Assembly (NCBI GenBank): GCA_043767805.1
Contig: JAYUGC010000130.1
Coordinates: 1-26,947, forward strand
Direction: 5' to 3'
DNA length: 26,947 bases
From: Pseudomonadota bacterium
GTDB lineage: Bacteria > Bdellovibrionota > FAC87 > UBA2466
Shown here piece by piece: positions 8,518-17,616 of the stretch. Below the pieces are notes generated by a model. That model was given only the letters and a program-made list of their open reading frames with translations, was not told where the DNA came from and made no database searches. The translations under genes and the position numbers were made by a program. How positions within the stretch are numbered: the first letter of the stretch is position 1; each line of letters begins with the position of its first letter.

Positions 8518-9686
8518 CGCTTACCTCCGGCCGCGGCCACTGCTTTTTTGGCGGCGTCACCCAAGTCGTTCGCGGGGATGATGGCCAGGCCCGAATCTTT
8601 GAGAATCTTTTTGCCGAGCTCCACGTTGGTGCCTTCCAGGCGAACCACGAGGGGAAGCGTCATCTTCAGCTCTTTCGCCGCTCCAACGATGCCCGCCGCG
8701 ATGATGTCGCACTTCATAATCCCGCCGAAGATGTTGACCAAAATGGCCTTCACCTTGGGATCTTTGGAAATGATCTTGAATGCCTCGCGCACTTTTTCTT
8801 CCGTGGCGCCGCCGCCGACGTCCAGGAAGTTCGCCGGGCTGGAGCCTTCCATCTGGATAATGTCCATGGTGGCCATCGCGAGTCCCGCGCCGTTCACCAT
8901 GCAGCCGATGCTGCCGTCGAGGCTGATGTAGCTGAGGTCGAACTTTTTCGCCGCGAGCTCGTTGGCGTCTTCTTCGTCCACGTCGATCAGCTCTTGCAGG
9001 AGCGGATGGCGGTACATGGCGTTGTCGTCGAAATTGATCTTCGCATCGAGGGCGATGAGCTTACCTTCATGGGTCTCAACCAGGGGGTTAATCTCCGCGA
9101 TGGCGCAGTCGTACTCGCTATAGAAGCGGACGAGATTTTTCAAAATCTCGGTGAATTGCTTCGCCTGGTCGCCTTTGTATCCCATCTTCGTGGCGAGACG
9201 CCGCGTCTGATAGGGACGGAGGCCTATGCCGGGGTTAATCCACTCTTTGAAGATCTTCTCCGGCGTGTTGTGCGCAACTTCTTCGATGTCCATGCCGCCC
9301 GCGGTGGACGCCATGATGCAAAGCTGCGAGTTTTGCCGATCTAAAGTAATGGCGAGGTAACTCTCGGTCTTGATGTTCGCGCCTTCTTCGATAAGGAGGC
9401 GACGAACCTTTTGACCCTCGGGGCTCGTCTGATGGGTCACGAGCTGCATGCCGAAAATCTTCGTCGCGTACTCACGCACTTGATCTTCGGTTTTAGCGAC
9501 CTTAACGCCGCCGCCTTTGCCGCGTCCGCCCGCGTGGATCTGGGCTTTGACCACCCAGGGACCGTTCGACGAAACCGCCGGCGCGCCTTTTACCGCCTCT
9601 TCGACGGAGAAAGCCGCGCGGCCTTTGGGAACGGGAATCTGGTATTGCCGAAAGAGCTCTTTGCCTTGGTACTCGTGAATTTTCAT
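8514..9686 (-). CDS. sucC: Succinyl-CoA ligase beta subunit
   Basis: [40 protein letters not shown] and NIFGGI; overlaps the sucD start (ATGA). Confidence 0.98.
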   Translation of the reverse strand: MKIHEYQGKELFRQYQIPVPKGRAAFSVEEAVKGAPAVSSNGPWVVKAQIHAGGRGKGGGVKVAKTEDQVREYATKIFGMQLVTHQTSPEGQKVRRLLIEEGANIKTESYLAITLDRQNSQLCIMASTAGGMDIEEVAHNTPEKIFKEWINPGIGLRPYQTRRLATKMGYKGDQAKQFTEILKNLVRFYSEYDCAIAEINPLVETHEGKLIALDAKINFDDNAMYRHPLLQELIDVDEEDANELAAKKFDLSYISLDGSIGCMVNGAGLAMATMDIIQMEGSSPANFLDVGGGATEEKVREAFKIISKDPKVKAILVNIFGGIMKCDIIAAGIVGAAKELKMTLPLVVRLEGTNVELGKKILKDSGLAIIPANDLGDAAKKAVAAAGGKR

Positions 9687-9714
9687 TCTTTACCCGCTAT
9701 TTGCATCCGAAGGC

Positions 9715-10644
9715 TCAGCCTTCGAGAACTTCGATGAGTTGTCTCACGGAATCGCAGGACTTCTTCAAGCCCGCTTTTTCTTCGTCGTTAAGCTGGAGCT
9801 CTACGACCTGCTCGATGCCGTTGGTGCCGAGCTTACAGAGTACGCCGACGAACAAATCTTTCACGCCGTACTCGCCCTCGAGCCAAGCGGCGCAAGGAAG
9901 GACGCGCTTTTTGTCGCGCACGATGGATTCCACCATCGCGACCACGGAAGCCGCCGGAGCGTAGAACGCGGAGCCGGTCTTTAAGTAGTTCACGATTTCG
10001 GCGCCGCCGTTTTGAGTGCGGGTCACGATTTCTTGAATCTTCGCCTTCGTGAGAAAGGTCTCGAGCGGAGCGCCGGCAATGGAGCAGAAGCGGGTCATGG
10101 GGACCATGGTATCGCCGTGGCCGCCGTACACGAAACCGTGCACGTCTTCCACCGACACGCCCGCCGCTTCGGCGATGAAGGTCTTCATGCGCGCGGTGTC
10201 CAGGACGCCCGCCATGCCGATGACTCTGTGCTTCGGGAAGCCGGAGACTTTTTTCGCGACGTACGCCATGGCATCCAAGGGGTTCGAGACCACGATGAGG
10301 ATGCTGTTGGGCGAGTGCTGCGCGACCTGCTTCGTCACCTGGGTGAGAATGTTCGCGTTGGTCTTCAAGAGGTCGTCGCGGCTCATGCCCGGCTTGCGCG
10401 GGATACCGGCCGTGATGACGACGATGTCGGAATCTTTGGTCGCGGCGTAATCGTTCGCGCCCGTGATCTTGAGATCGAAGCCTTCGACGGGGCCGGACTG
10501 CAGAAGGTCGAGCGCCTTGCCCTGAGGGATGCCTTCCGCGATATCGATGAGGACGACGTCCCCGAGCTCTTTAGCGGCAATCCAATGAGCCGCGGTGGCG
10601 CCGACGTTTCCGGAGCCGACGATCGTAATTTTTGCTCTTTTCAT
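9715..10644 (-). CDS. mdh: Malate dehydrogenase (LDH-like, NAD-dependent)
   Basis: [38 protein letters not shown] and GSAFYAPA. Confidence 0.97.
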   Translation of the reverse strand: MKRAKITIVGSGNVGATAAHWIAAKELGDVVLIDIAEGIPQGKALDLLQSGPVEGFDLKITGANDYAATKDSDIVVITAGIPRKPGMSRDDLLKTNANILTQVTKQVAQHSPNSILIVVSNPLDAMAYVAKKVSGFPKHRVIGMAGVLDTARMKTFIAEAAGVSVEDVHGFVYGGHGDTMVPMTRFCSIAGAPLETFLTKAKIQEIVTRTQNGGAEIVNYLKTGSAFYAPAASVVAMVESIVRDKKRVLPCAAWLEGEYGVKDLFVGVLCKLGTNGIEQVVELQLNDEEKAGLKKSCDSVRQLIEVLEG

Positions 10645-10681
10645 GAGATCTCGCCTTCTTGGTTAAAAGGGACGCTTTAAA

Positions 10682-11908
10682 TTAAAGGTTGTCGACGATA
10701 CGACCCGCGAACTGCGAGCATTTCACTTCCGTCGCGCCCGGCATCTGGCGGGCGAAATCGTAGGTGACGTACTTCTGGTCGAAAGTTTTCTCGAGAGCTT
10801 TTTCAATGGCTTCCGCCGCTTCCACCCAGCCGAGATGCTCGAACATGAGCACGCCCGAAAGGATGACCGAGCTCGGGTTCACTTTGTCCTGGCCCGCGTA
10901 CTTGGGCGCCGTGCCGTGAGTCGCTTCGAAAACCGCCGCGCGGTCGCCGATGTTCGCCCCGGGACTGATGCCGAGACCACCGACCTGCGCCGCCATGGCG
11001 TCAGAGAGGTAATCTCCGTTCAAGTTAGGGGTCGCGAGTACGGAATATTCTTCCGGGCGGAGCAGGGCCTGCTGGAACATGCTGTCGGCGATGCGATCCT
11101 TCATGATGACTTTGCCCGACGGCGCTCTGCCCTGGTACTTTTCGAAAACTTCGTCTTCGGTAATCGTGGTGGAGGAAAACTCTTCCTTGGCGAGCTGGTA
11201 ACCCCATTCCCGGAAGGCGCCTTCCGTGTACTTCATGATGTTGCCTTTGTGGACGAGAGTGACGCTCGAACGGTTGCGCTTCAGCGCGTACTCGATCGCC
11301 ATCTTGATGAGACGTTTCGAGCCGAACGGGCTCATGGGCTTGATGCCGATACCGGAATCCGTGCGCACTTTGCAACCGAGCTGGGTGTTCAAATAGTCGA
11401 TGAGCTGTTTGGCTTCCGTCGAGCCGCTCTTCCATTCGTAACCGGCGTACACGTCCTCGGTGTTCTCGCGAAAGAGAACGACGTTTAACTTCTGCGGTTC
11501 TTTCATGGGGCTCGGCACACCCGGGAAGTACCGGACGGGACGGATGCAGGCGTACAAGTCGAGCAACCGGCGAAGGGCCACGTTCAAGGAACGAACGCCG
11601 CCGCCGACTGGAGTGGCCAAGGGACCCTTAATCGCGATGGAGTATTCCTTGATGGCGGTGAGGGTGTCTTCCGGGAGCCAGCTGCCGGTTTGCTTATTGG
11701 CTTTTTCGCCCGCCAAAACTTCTTTCCAAACGATACCGCGCTTATCGGCGTAGCATTTCTTAACCGCGGCGTCGAAAACGTGTTGCGAGGCCGCCCAAAT
11801 GTCCGGGCCGATGCCGTCGCCTTCGATGAAAGGGATGATGGGGTGGGTGGGGACCTGAATCTTATTGGAAGTGGAGTAAGTGATCTTTTCGCCAGTAGAT
11901 GGGCTCAT
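10682..11908 (-). CDS. icd: Isocitrate dehydrogenase (dimeric, E. coli-type, probably NADP-dependent)
   Basis: [49 protein letters not shown] and HGTAPKYAG. Confidence 0.97.
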   Translation of the reverse strand: MSPSTGEKITYSTSNKIQVPTHPIIPFIEGDGIGPDIWAASQHVFDAAVKKCYADKRGIVWKEVLAGEKANKQTGSWLPEDTLTAIKEYSIAIKGPLATPVGGGVRSLNVALRRLLDLYACIRPVRYFPGVPSPMKEPQKLNVVLFRENTEDVYAGYEWKSGSTEAKQLIDYLNTQLGCKVRTDSGIGIKPMSPFGSKRLIKMAIEYALKRNRSSVTLVHKGNIMKYTEGAFREWGYQLAKEEFSSTTITEDEVFEKYQGRAPSGKVIMKDRIADSMFQQALLRPEEYSVLATPNLNGDYLSDAMAAQVGGLGISPGANIGDRAAVFEATHGTAPKYAGQDKVNPSSVILSGVLMFEHLGWVEAAEAIEKALEKTFDQKYVTYDFARQMPGATEVKCSQFAGRIVDNL

Positions 11909-11945
11909 GCGTCAATCCTTGTGTAGTCTTGAAAAATTCCCAAGA

Positions 11946-11998
11946 ACCTTAGCGGGATAGGTTCCGCCTTGTCAATTAACGGACCCCCTGGTGATAAT
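11946..11998. promoter_or_regulatory. Putative back-to-back sigma70 promoters for icd (-) and the pterin dehydratase gene (+)
   Basis: Plus strand: TTGTCA(11969-74)-N18-GATAAT(11993-98). Minus strand: TTGACA(11975-70)-N18-TAAGGT(11951-46). Confidence 0.45.
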
Positions 11999-12025
11999 CG
12001 AAGCCCGTGTAGTTTTGGAGGCTTT

Positions 12026-12364
12026 ATGACCCTGTGCGATCTGACCCAAAAACGATGCGTTCCGTGCGAAGGTGGGCTGCCGGCTTTGACCGAGGCTCAG
12101 GCCAAAGACCTTTTAAAGAACGTCAAAGGTTGGGAGCTCAAAGGAAATCAGATTCTGAAGACCTATAAGTTCAAGGATTTCATACAGAACATGGGCTTCG
12201 TAACGCGGATCGCCATGGTGGCCGAGACCGAAGGCCATCATCCGGACATCAATATCCACCAGTGGAACAAGCTCACCATTACCCTTTGGACCCACGCCAT
12301 CAACGGCCTTTCCGAGAACGACTTCATCGTGGCGGCCAAAATCGACGCTCTGGAGGCGAAGTAA
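12026..12364 (+). CDS. phhB: Pterin-4-alpha-carbinolamine dehydratase (PhhB-like)
   Basis: ATG 12026 follows GGAGG. Motifs CVPCEGG, AETEGHHPDI and LWTHAINGLSENDFIVAAKID. Confidence 0.92.
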   Translation: MTLCDLTQKRCVPCEGGLPALTEAQAKDLLKNVKGWELKGNQILKTYKFKDFIQNMGFVTRIAMVAETEGHHPDINIHQWNKLTITLWTHAINGLSENDFIVAAKIDALEAK

Positions 12365-13396
12365 GTGAAGGCACTTCTTCTATTGGGGCTTTGCTCGGTG
12401 GGTTTGGGTGGGACGCTTCTGCCTGACGAGAAAAACAACGTCGAGGTCTATCAGTCCTCCAACCCGGCGGTCGTGAACATCACCTCAGTGACACTGACCC
12501 GGGATTTCTGGATGGAAGTGGCCCCGCAGACCGGCTTGGGCTCGGGGTTCATCATCCGGCCCGAAGGCTTGATCGTGACTAACTTTCACGTGGTCGCGAA
12601 CGCGCGGAAACTCGAGGTCACGCTTTTCGATAAGAGCTCCTTTCCGGCGCAAGTGGTCGGCATCGACCCCGATAGCGATCTCGCCGTTTTGAAAATCGAT
12701 CCCAAGGAAGTGAAGTTGCACTCGCTGAAATTCGCTTTGGCCGACAAGCCGGCCGTGGGACAGAAGGTGCTGGCCATCGGAAATCCGTTCGGGCTGGGCG
12801 GCTCGCTTTCGGTGGGCGTCATCAGCTCCCTGGAGCGTGACATTCGCACGCCTTCCGAGCGGCTCATGAAAGACGTCATTCAAATGGATGCGTCCATCAA
12901 TCCCGGCAATAGCGGCGGCCCGCTTTTGGATAGCCAAGGCAACGTACTCGGCGTAAACGCGCAGATCGTTTCTCCCGGCGGCGGCGGGAGCGTCGGCGTT
13001 GGCTTTGCGATTTCGGCAAAAACGGCCTCCCGTATCGTCGATTCCTTGATTCGGTTCGGGAAGGTCCAGCGCCCCGAGCTGGGCATGGACGGGGTGGGCC
13101 TCAGCGCCGGTCTTCTCGAAGCATTCAAAGTGCCCATCAATTACGGAATCATGATTACGGCGCTCGATCCGCGGGGCGCGGCGAAACGAGCGGGCTTGAG
13201 AGCGGCCGATAGGGAAGTCATCCTGGGCTTCCGGCGCATTCCTTTCGGCGGAGACCTGCTCTATCGGGTCGACGACACGCCGGTGGCGAACATACGCGAC
13301 TTGCTCGACTACGTTTTCGAAAAGAAAGTCGGCGAGACCATCATTTTGCATTACTACCGGAACGGCAAAAAACTTTCCGCGACCGTGAAACTGTGA
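12365..13396 (+). CDS. HtrA/DegP-family trypsin-like serine protease with one PDZ domain
   Basis: Catalytic triad motifs TNFHVV, DSDLAV and DASINPGNSGGPL; also AIGNPFG, a C-terminal PDZ domain and a short signal peptide. Confidence 0.95.
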   Translation: MKALLLLGLCSVGLGGTLLPDEKNNVEVYQSSNPAVVNITSVTLTRDFWMEVAPQTGLGSGFIIRPEGLIVTNFHVVANARKLEVTLFDKSSFPAQVVGIDPDSDLAVLKIDPKEVKLHSLKFALADKPAVGQKVLAIGNPFGLGGSLSVGVISSLERDIRTPSERLMKDVIQMDASINPGNSGGPLLDSQGNVLGVNAQIVSPGGGGSVGVGFAISAKTASRIVDSLIRFGKVQRPELGMDGVGLSAGLLEAFKVPINYGIMITALDPRGAAKRAGLRAADREVILGFRRIPFGGDLLYRVDDTPVANIRDLLDYVFEKKVGETIILHYYRNGKKLSATVKL

Positions 13397-13899
13397 CGCG
13401 CGTTTACAAGTCCAATGGCCTCCAAGCGTGGTGGGGCGGTGTGGGCGTTTTGGTGGGAGCCGCGGTTAGTTCCTATCAACATTCGCTCGGCACTGGCGCG
13501 CTGGTCGCTCTCATTGCGATTCCCGTGGTCGTCGTCAACCGGTGGATGTTCAGGCGCTGGGCGAAGGTCGAGCTTACCGCGACCGAAGTGACGGGACCTT
13601 CGCGCCATTCCCTTTTCAAGCGGAAGACGATTCCCTTATCCAGGATCGATCGGGAAAGAACCGGAAAGCGATCGTTTCTCGCCAAGTGGTACGGCCGCTG
13701 GGATCTATTCACCGAGACGGGAGAGTGCGTGCGCGTGCCGTGTGTTTTGCTCGGGCCTGCGATGACCGAGGAGCTCATGCGTGAGCTGGGATTTGTTTCG
13801 GACGAAGCCAAGTGGGCGCGGCGGCGCAACGAATTTGGCTGGTTCATCGTCGCGGCTTGGGCGCTCTCTGCGTTTCTGATAATGAAAAGCTCCTCGTAG
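13393..13899 (+). CDS. Hypothetical membrane protein, C-terminus possibly frameshifted
   Basis: GTG overlaps the protease stop (GTGA). Two N-terminal TM segments, a soluble beta-rich region, then a further TM segment. Confidence 0.6.
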   Translation: MTRVYKSNGLQAWWGGVGVLVGAAVSSYQHSLGTGALVALIAIPVVVVNRWMFRRWAKVELTATEVTGPSRHSLFKRKTIPLSRIDRERTGKRSFLAKWYGRWDLFTETGECVRVPCVLLGPAMTEELMRELGFVSDEAKWARRRNEFGWFIVAAWALSAFLIMKSSS

Positions 13900-14076
13900 C
13901 GGCTCTCACGGGTTATAAAAATTCCTGGATCGTGGGCGCCGTCCTGGTACTTTATCAATCTCGTCCTCGCTCTTCGCCTTATGCGCGAAAGCCGCTCCCG
14001 CCCCAAACATCGCCACCAATACCAATCCCGCCCCAATTCGTTTCATCATCGCAACCCTCTAACCGAAAAGGGGCCC

Positions 14077-14982
14077 CTATTTGGAGTCGTGGCGTTTTGT
14101 TTTTTCGGCGACCGGCTTTGGCGTGTCGACGCCCTGGAGAGAGCGGAGAAGCTCCGCGAGACCGCCTTTGAACTCGCCCAAAAATTCAGGATCGAGTGGG
14201 CCTAAATAAAGCGTGCCCGGGCAGTGTTTTAAGAAATCCGGAAAGGTCGGGCCGACCCAGGCAAAAGCGGTCGACTTATGGTGCGTGAAGAAGTGCTCGA
14301 GCTCGATTTCACGAGCGGCGCCCGCGCAGACGAGGACCAGCGCGTACGGCAAGCCTTTCGTCGCGTGCTCGGCAAGCCAATGCGCGGAATCTTTCGGCGC
14401 TTCCACTTTCCAGCCCGCATATTCCTCGACGGCCTGGCTGGCGAGACGTCTTTCGACGGGGCTCGACGACAAAATGAGAACGTTCAAGGGGGAGTCCGTC
14501 GGCGCGAGCCGATTGGCGGCGCTTCCCAGAGACAAGATCTCGGGTAGTCCCGCGGTAGCGGCACGGCCATAACTCACGCCCGCCCGGCCCGTGTCGATCT
14601 CGACTCGGACTTGGCGCGGGAAGTTGCGTCCCAAATCTTTCGCGGCGAGCTTCAGGCCATATTGCTCGAGCCACTGATAAATGGTGCGGAGCTGAGTCTC
14701 TTCTCCATAGCTCGCTCCGAAAAGCTTCACTTGGACCGGCTTTTTATGATCGCCCAGGTGCTCCAGCAAATGGCGGAATGCATTATCGAGCATCTCTTTG
14801 AGCTCGGCCGGTGAAGAGTCCGGGTGTGTGAGTAAGCCCGAACAAAGCTTCGCTTCAGGCACGCAGAAGAGCAGCAGGAGATTGCGGCCTACCTGAAAAA
14901 CAGGCTGAGCCGGGGAGCGGAAGGCAAAAACACCGATTTGACTGAGGGGTTTTGGCGTCATGAGTGGGGCCCTCAGGTCCAT
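14077..14982 (-). CDS. CheD-like domain fused to a degenerate receiver-like domain
   Basis: VKLFGAS...LEQYGLKLAAKDLGRNFPRQVRVEIDTG resembles the CheD C-terminal pattern. LNVLILSSSPVERRLASQAVE resembles a receiver N-terminus. Confidence 0.6.
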   Translation of the reverse strand: MDLRAPLMTPKPLSQIGVFAFRSPAQPVFQVGRNLLLLFCVPEAKLCSGLLTHPDSSPAELKEMLDNAFRHLLEHLGDHKKPVQVKLFGASYGEETQLRTIYQWLEQYGLKLAAKDLGRNFPRQVRVEIDTGRAGVSYGRAATAGLPEILSLGSAANRLAPTDSPLNVLILSSSPVERRLASQAVEEYAGWKVEAPKDSAHWLAEHATKGLPYALVLVCAGAAREIELEHFFTHHKSTAFAWVGPTFPDFLKHCPGTLYLGPLDPEFLGEFKGGLAELLRSLQGVDTPKPVAEKTKRHDSK

Positions 14983-14986
14983 TTTA

Positions 14987-15634
14987 TCACTCTCCGTACT
15001 TTTCCCGGTAAAAAGCGACGACGTCCTTCAACTTGCGGATTTCACCGGCTTGTTCGGCGATGAGCAGCTTTTCGGGATTCTTGTTGGGTACGGCCGGGGG
15101 CTCATCGGGTTTGGCTTCCCGCGGCGGCAGGGCCTCGCCTTTTTTGATGAGACCGAGGCGCTGGGAGAGCTCTTCGAGACCGGGAGCGCGCAGGTTCTGG
15201 TGAAAAATGTGCTCCACTTCGTGGACGACTTCCTCGAACTGACTGGTGAGCTTCGTAGTCTTCGTTTCGAGCTCGCGGCGCAGCTCCTGTTCTTTTTCCA
15301 CTTGTTGCTTGGCCTGCTGAAGCTTCTCTTCGAGCACGGAAAGCTCGGGGGCGGAAACTGTGGGGATGAAAACTTTGCTCGGCGTAACCGGAACGACAAA
15401 AGCCACCGGCGGAGGAGCCGGTGGCTTTGTCGTATGGACTTCTTTCAGAGCTTCTTCCGCGGGACTCACCGTAGCGCGCACCGACACCATCGGCTTTGGT
15501 GCTTTAAGACACCACGCGAGGGAGTGAACGGTTACCCATACGGACGCTCCGAATATGACTAGCAGAGGCAACACCGCAACGAACACCAGGGGGTTCGCCA
15601 ATTGCTCCAGAATATAAATGGAGTCGGCGTACAT
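14987..15634 (-). CDS. Hypothetical single-pass membrane protein with Pro-rich linker and coiled coil
   Basis: ATG follows GGGGA; TM segment PLVFVAVLPLLVIFGASVWV; PPAPPP linker; E/K/Q-rich heptads. Confidence 0.7.
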   Translation of the reverse strand: MYADSIYILEQLANPLVFVAVLPLLVIFGASVWVTVHSLAWCLKAPKPMVSVRATVSPAEEALKEVHTTKPPAPPPVAFVVPVTPSKVFIPTVSAPELSVLEEKLQQAKQQVEKEQELRRELETKTTKLTSQFEEVVHEVEHIFHQNLRAPGLEELSQRLGLIKKGEALPPREAKPDEPPAVPNKNPEKLLIAEQAGEIRKLKDVVAFYREKYGE

Positions 15635-15658
15635 AGTTTATCCCCAGCGGCGGAGTCT

Positions 15659-16492
15659 CTACTGCAGGAGCTTGAGCGCAATCGCGGGACTCTGATTTGC
15701 TTGGCTCAGAATCGCCACACCCGCTTCGCGAAGGATCGTGTCCTTCGCCAAGTTCGTCGCTTCTTCGGCGACGTCCGCATCGCGGATACGAGAGTAAGCA
15801 GCGCTGAGGTTTTCCCGGAAGATGCCTTGCGACTGAAGGGTGCTGTTCAAGCGGCTCTGGAAAGAGCCGACTTTCGCGCGCACCTGATTCACCCGGAGCA
15901 TCGCCTGGTCGATTTCGTCGAGAGCGTTCTGCGCGCCATCTTTCGACGAGACGCTGACGCCTTCGACGCCGAGGGCGTCGGCTTTGAGATTGGTCTCGCC
16001 GGGCGAGAACCGAATGCGATCCTTATCGGGATCGTTGTTCGGTCCAACCTGGATGTCGAGCTCCTGGATGTCGCCATTCAAGAGATAGCGGCCCGAGAAG
16101 TTGGTGGTGTTCGCAACTCGGGAAATCTCTTTCGTGATTTCCTGGACTTCGTTATCGATCATTCCGCGTTCACGGTCGCCGACAGTGTCGCTCGCGGATT
16201 GCATCGCAAGTTCACGCATGCGGACCATCATGTTGTTGATCTCGTTGGTACCGCCTTCGAAGACCTGAACCATCGAAATGCCGTCTTGGGCATTTCTCAT
16301 GGCGGCTCCGAGGGAACGGACTTGAGAATTCAGTCCGTCGGAGATGGCAAGACCGGCAGGGTCGTCGCCGGCCTGGACGATGCGCGAGCCGCTCGCCAGA
16401 CGTTGCATCGTCTTGGACATGGTTCTCTGCGTGTTACCCAAATTTCTTTGGGCGGACAGGGCCAATTCATTGGTGTTGATTCGTAACCCCAT
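15659..16492 (-). CDS. fliC: Flagellin (short, D0/D1 only)
   Basis: MGLRINTN, RLASGSRI...DDPAGLAIS, RNAQDGISMVQ, RMRELAMQSA, IQVG and SRIRDADVAEE; AGGAGG SD. Confidence 0.97.
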   Translation of the reverse strand: MGLRINTNELALSAQRNLGNTQRTMSKTMQRLASGSRIVQAGDDPAGLAISDGLNSQVRSLGAAMRNAQDGISMVQVFEGGTNEINNMMVRMRELAMQSASDTVGDRERGMIDNEVQEITKEISRVANTTNFSGRYLLNGDIQELDIQVGPNNDPDKDRIRFSPGETNLKADALGVEGVSVSSKDGAQNALDEIDQAMLRVNQVRAKVGSFQSRLNSTLQSQGIFRENLSAAYSRIRDADVAEEATNLAKDTILREAGVAILSQANQSPAIALKLLQ

Positions 16493-16635
16493 GGGGGGTC
16501 CTCCTTCTAAATAATCTCCTTCCGTGAGTTCTGCGCTCCCCGCGCAGGCAGCTGATCCGTCAGCCGCAGGTTATTTGAATTTTCCGGCGCGTATCCTACG
16601 CGCTGGAACCGCCCGCCGGGATTATCCGTCGTGCA
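16493..16635 (-). promoter_or_regulatory. Structured flagellin 5' leader with GGA-loop hairpins (putative CsrA/RsmA sites)
   Basis: Minus-strand hairpins TTCCAGCGCGTA-GGA-TACGCGCCGGAA (16582-16608), GCGGCTGA-CGGA-TCAGCTGC (16548-16567) and CTGCGC-GGGGA-GCGCAG (16531-16547). Additional ACGGA at 16625-16629 and 16521-16525. Confidence 0.65.
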
Positions 16636-16641
16636 AGTAAG

Positions 16642-16667
16642 CTTTCGACGCTTGGGGGAAGAATTTA
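16642..16667 (-). promoter_or_regulatory. Putative sigma28 promoter of fliC
   Basis: TAAA(16667-64)-N14-GTCGAAAG(16649-42), close to the TAAA-N15-GCCGATAA consensus and directly upstream of the structured leader. Confidence 0.5.
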
Positions 16668-16904
16668 AGAAGAAAAAACAATGCGTTGTGCCATTTCCCT
16701 CTAACGCGGAGTGGTGTCCGACCTGGCTCGTGGCGAAAATGTTTAACTGGAATGAGTACTTTCTTCGGGAAGCCGCTCGCGAAAAAAATCGGAAAAGTTT
16801 TTTTCCAAGCGAGCGCACTTTTTTTTCTCAAAGCTCCGCGCGAGAAAAGTTTGCCTTTCTCGCTCTCCGAAAAAACGTTTTATCGACGGGGAAACGCGGT
16901 GATT

Positions 16905-16932
16905 GTGACAATTCCCGCACATTTGTGATACT
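16905..16932 (+). promoter_or_regulatory. Putative sigma70 promoter for the coaB-like gene
   Basis: GTGACA-N16-GATACT with an extended -10 TG; A/T tracts upstream. Confidence 0.3.
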
Positions 16933-16944
16933 GGACTTGAAGGT

Positions 16945-17616
16945 ATGAAGCGAGCGGTTTCTCGACGATATCGAGTTCTAGTCACGGGTGGGCCTACGCG
17001 AGCCTATTTGGATCGCGTTCGCTTTCTTTCAAACTTCTCGACGGGCGAGCTCGCCTACGAATTGTGCCGCCAGCTTCACAAAGCGGGCGTCGAAGTCGCG
17101 TTGGTGAGCGGGCCTTGCTGCCCGCCGTTCGGAGACTTGGGTCTCGCTCAGTGGATTTTTGTCGAGACGGCCGAGCAGATGCACGCGAGCGTCTTGAAGC
17201 TCTGTAAGACCTTCAAGCCCGACTACGCGGTGTTCGCGGCCGCCGTGCTCGATTTTCAGCCGGTGAGAGTGGGCAAGGGCAAGACCTCGTCCTCGTCTGG
17301 GTGGACGCTCGCCTTGAAGCCCACGCCGAAAATCATCGACGACGTGGGCAAGCGTTTCCCCATGGTTAAGCGCGTGGGCTTCAAGCTCGAATGGAAAGCG
17401 CAGGCTTCCGCCGCACGCGATAAGTTCGCGCGATCCACCATGAAACGAAAAGGGCTCGAGGCGCTTTGCCTCAACTACCTTTCCGAGATTTCGGGCAAGA
17501 CTCATCCGGCCTATCTTTATCTTGGAGAGGACAAGCCAGTTCAAGCCAGGACCAAGCCTCAGATAGCTAGTGGCCTGATCCAATTTCTGGAGCAGCTCCA
17601 GAAATCCCAGGCGTAG
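16945..17616 (+). CDS. coaB: Stand-alone phosphopantothenate--cysteine ligase (CoaB / DFP C-terminal domain)
   Basis: VLVTGGPTRAYLDRVRFLSNFSTG, FAAAVLDFQP, LKPTPKII and VGFKLE; no CoaC flavoprotein domain. Confidence 0.8.
   Translation: MKRAVSRRYRVLVTGGPTRAYLDRVRFLSNFSTGELAYELCRQLHKAGVEVALVSGPCCPPFGDLGLAQWIFVETAEQMHASVLKLCKTFKPDYAVFAAAVLDFQPVRVGKGKTSSSSGWTLALKPTPKIIDDVGKRFPMVKRVGFKLEWKAQASAARDKFARSTMKRKGLEALCLNYLSEISGKTHPAYLYLGEDKPVQARTKPQIASGLIQFLEQLQKSQA

Noticed and set aside
7726..8931. 401-aa plus-strand ORF, and similar ORFs opposite ndk, mdh and icd
   Set aside because: Antisense to well-conserved TCA genes; no independent coding evidence.
15602..16486. 294-aa plus-strand ORF
   Set aside because: Mirror frame of flagellin.
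16678..16693. Possible sigma54 promoter TGGCAC upstream of fliC (minus strand)
   Set aside because: No TTGC at the required -12 spacing (reads TGGCACAACGCATTGT).
16904..16919. Possible CRP/FNR-type site starting TGTGA
   Set aside because: The second half-site (CCGCA) is a poor match to TCACA.
16507..16985. Several short ORFs upstream of fliC
   Set aside because: Low-complexity translations of an A/T-tract-rich regulatory region.
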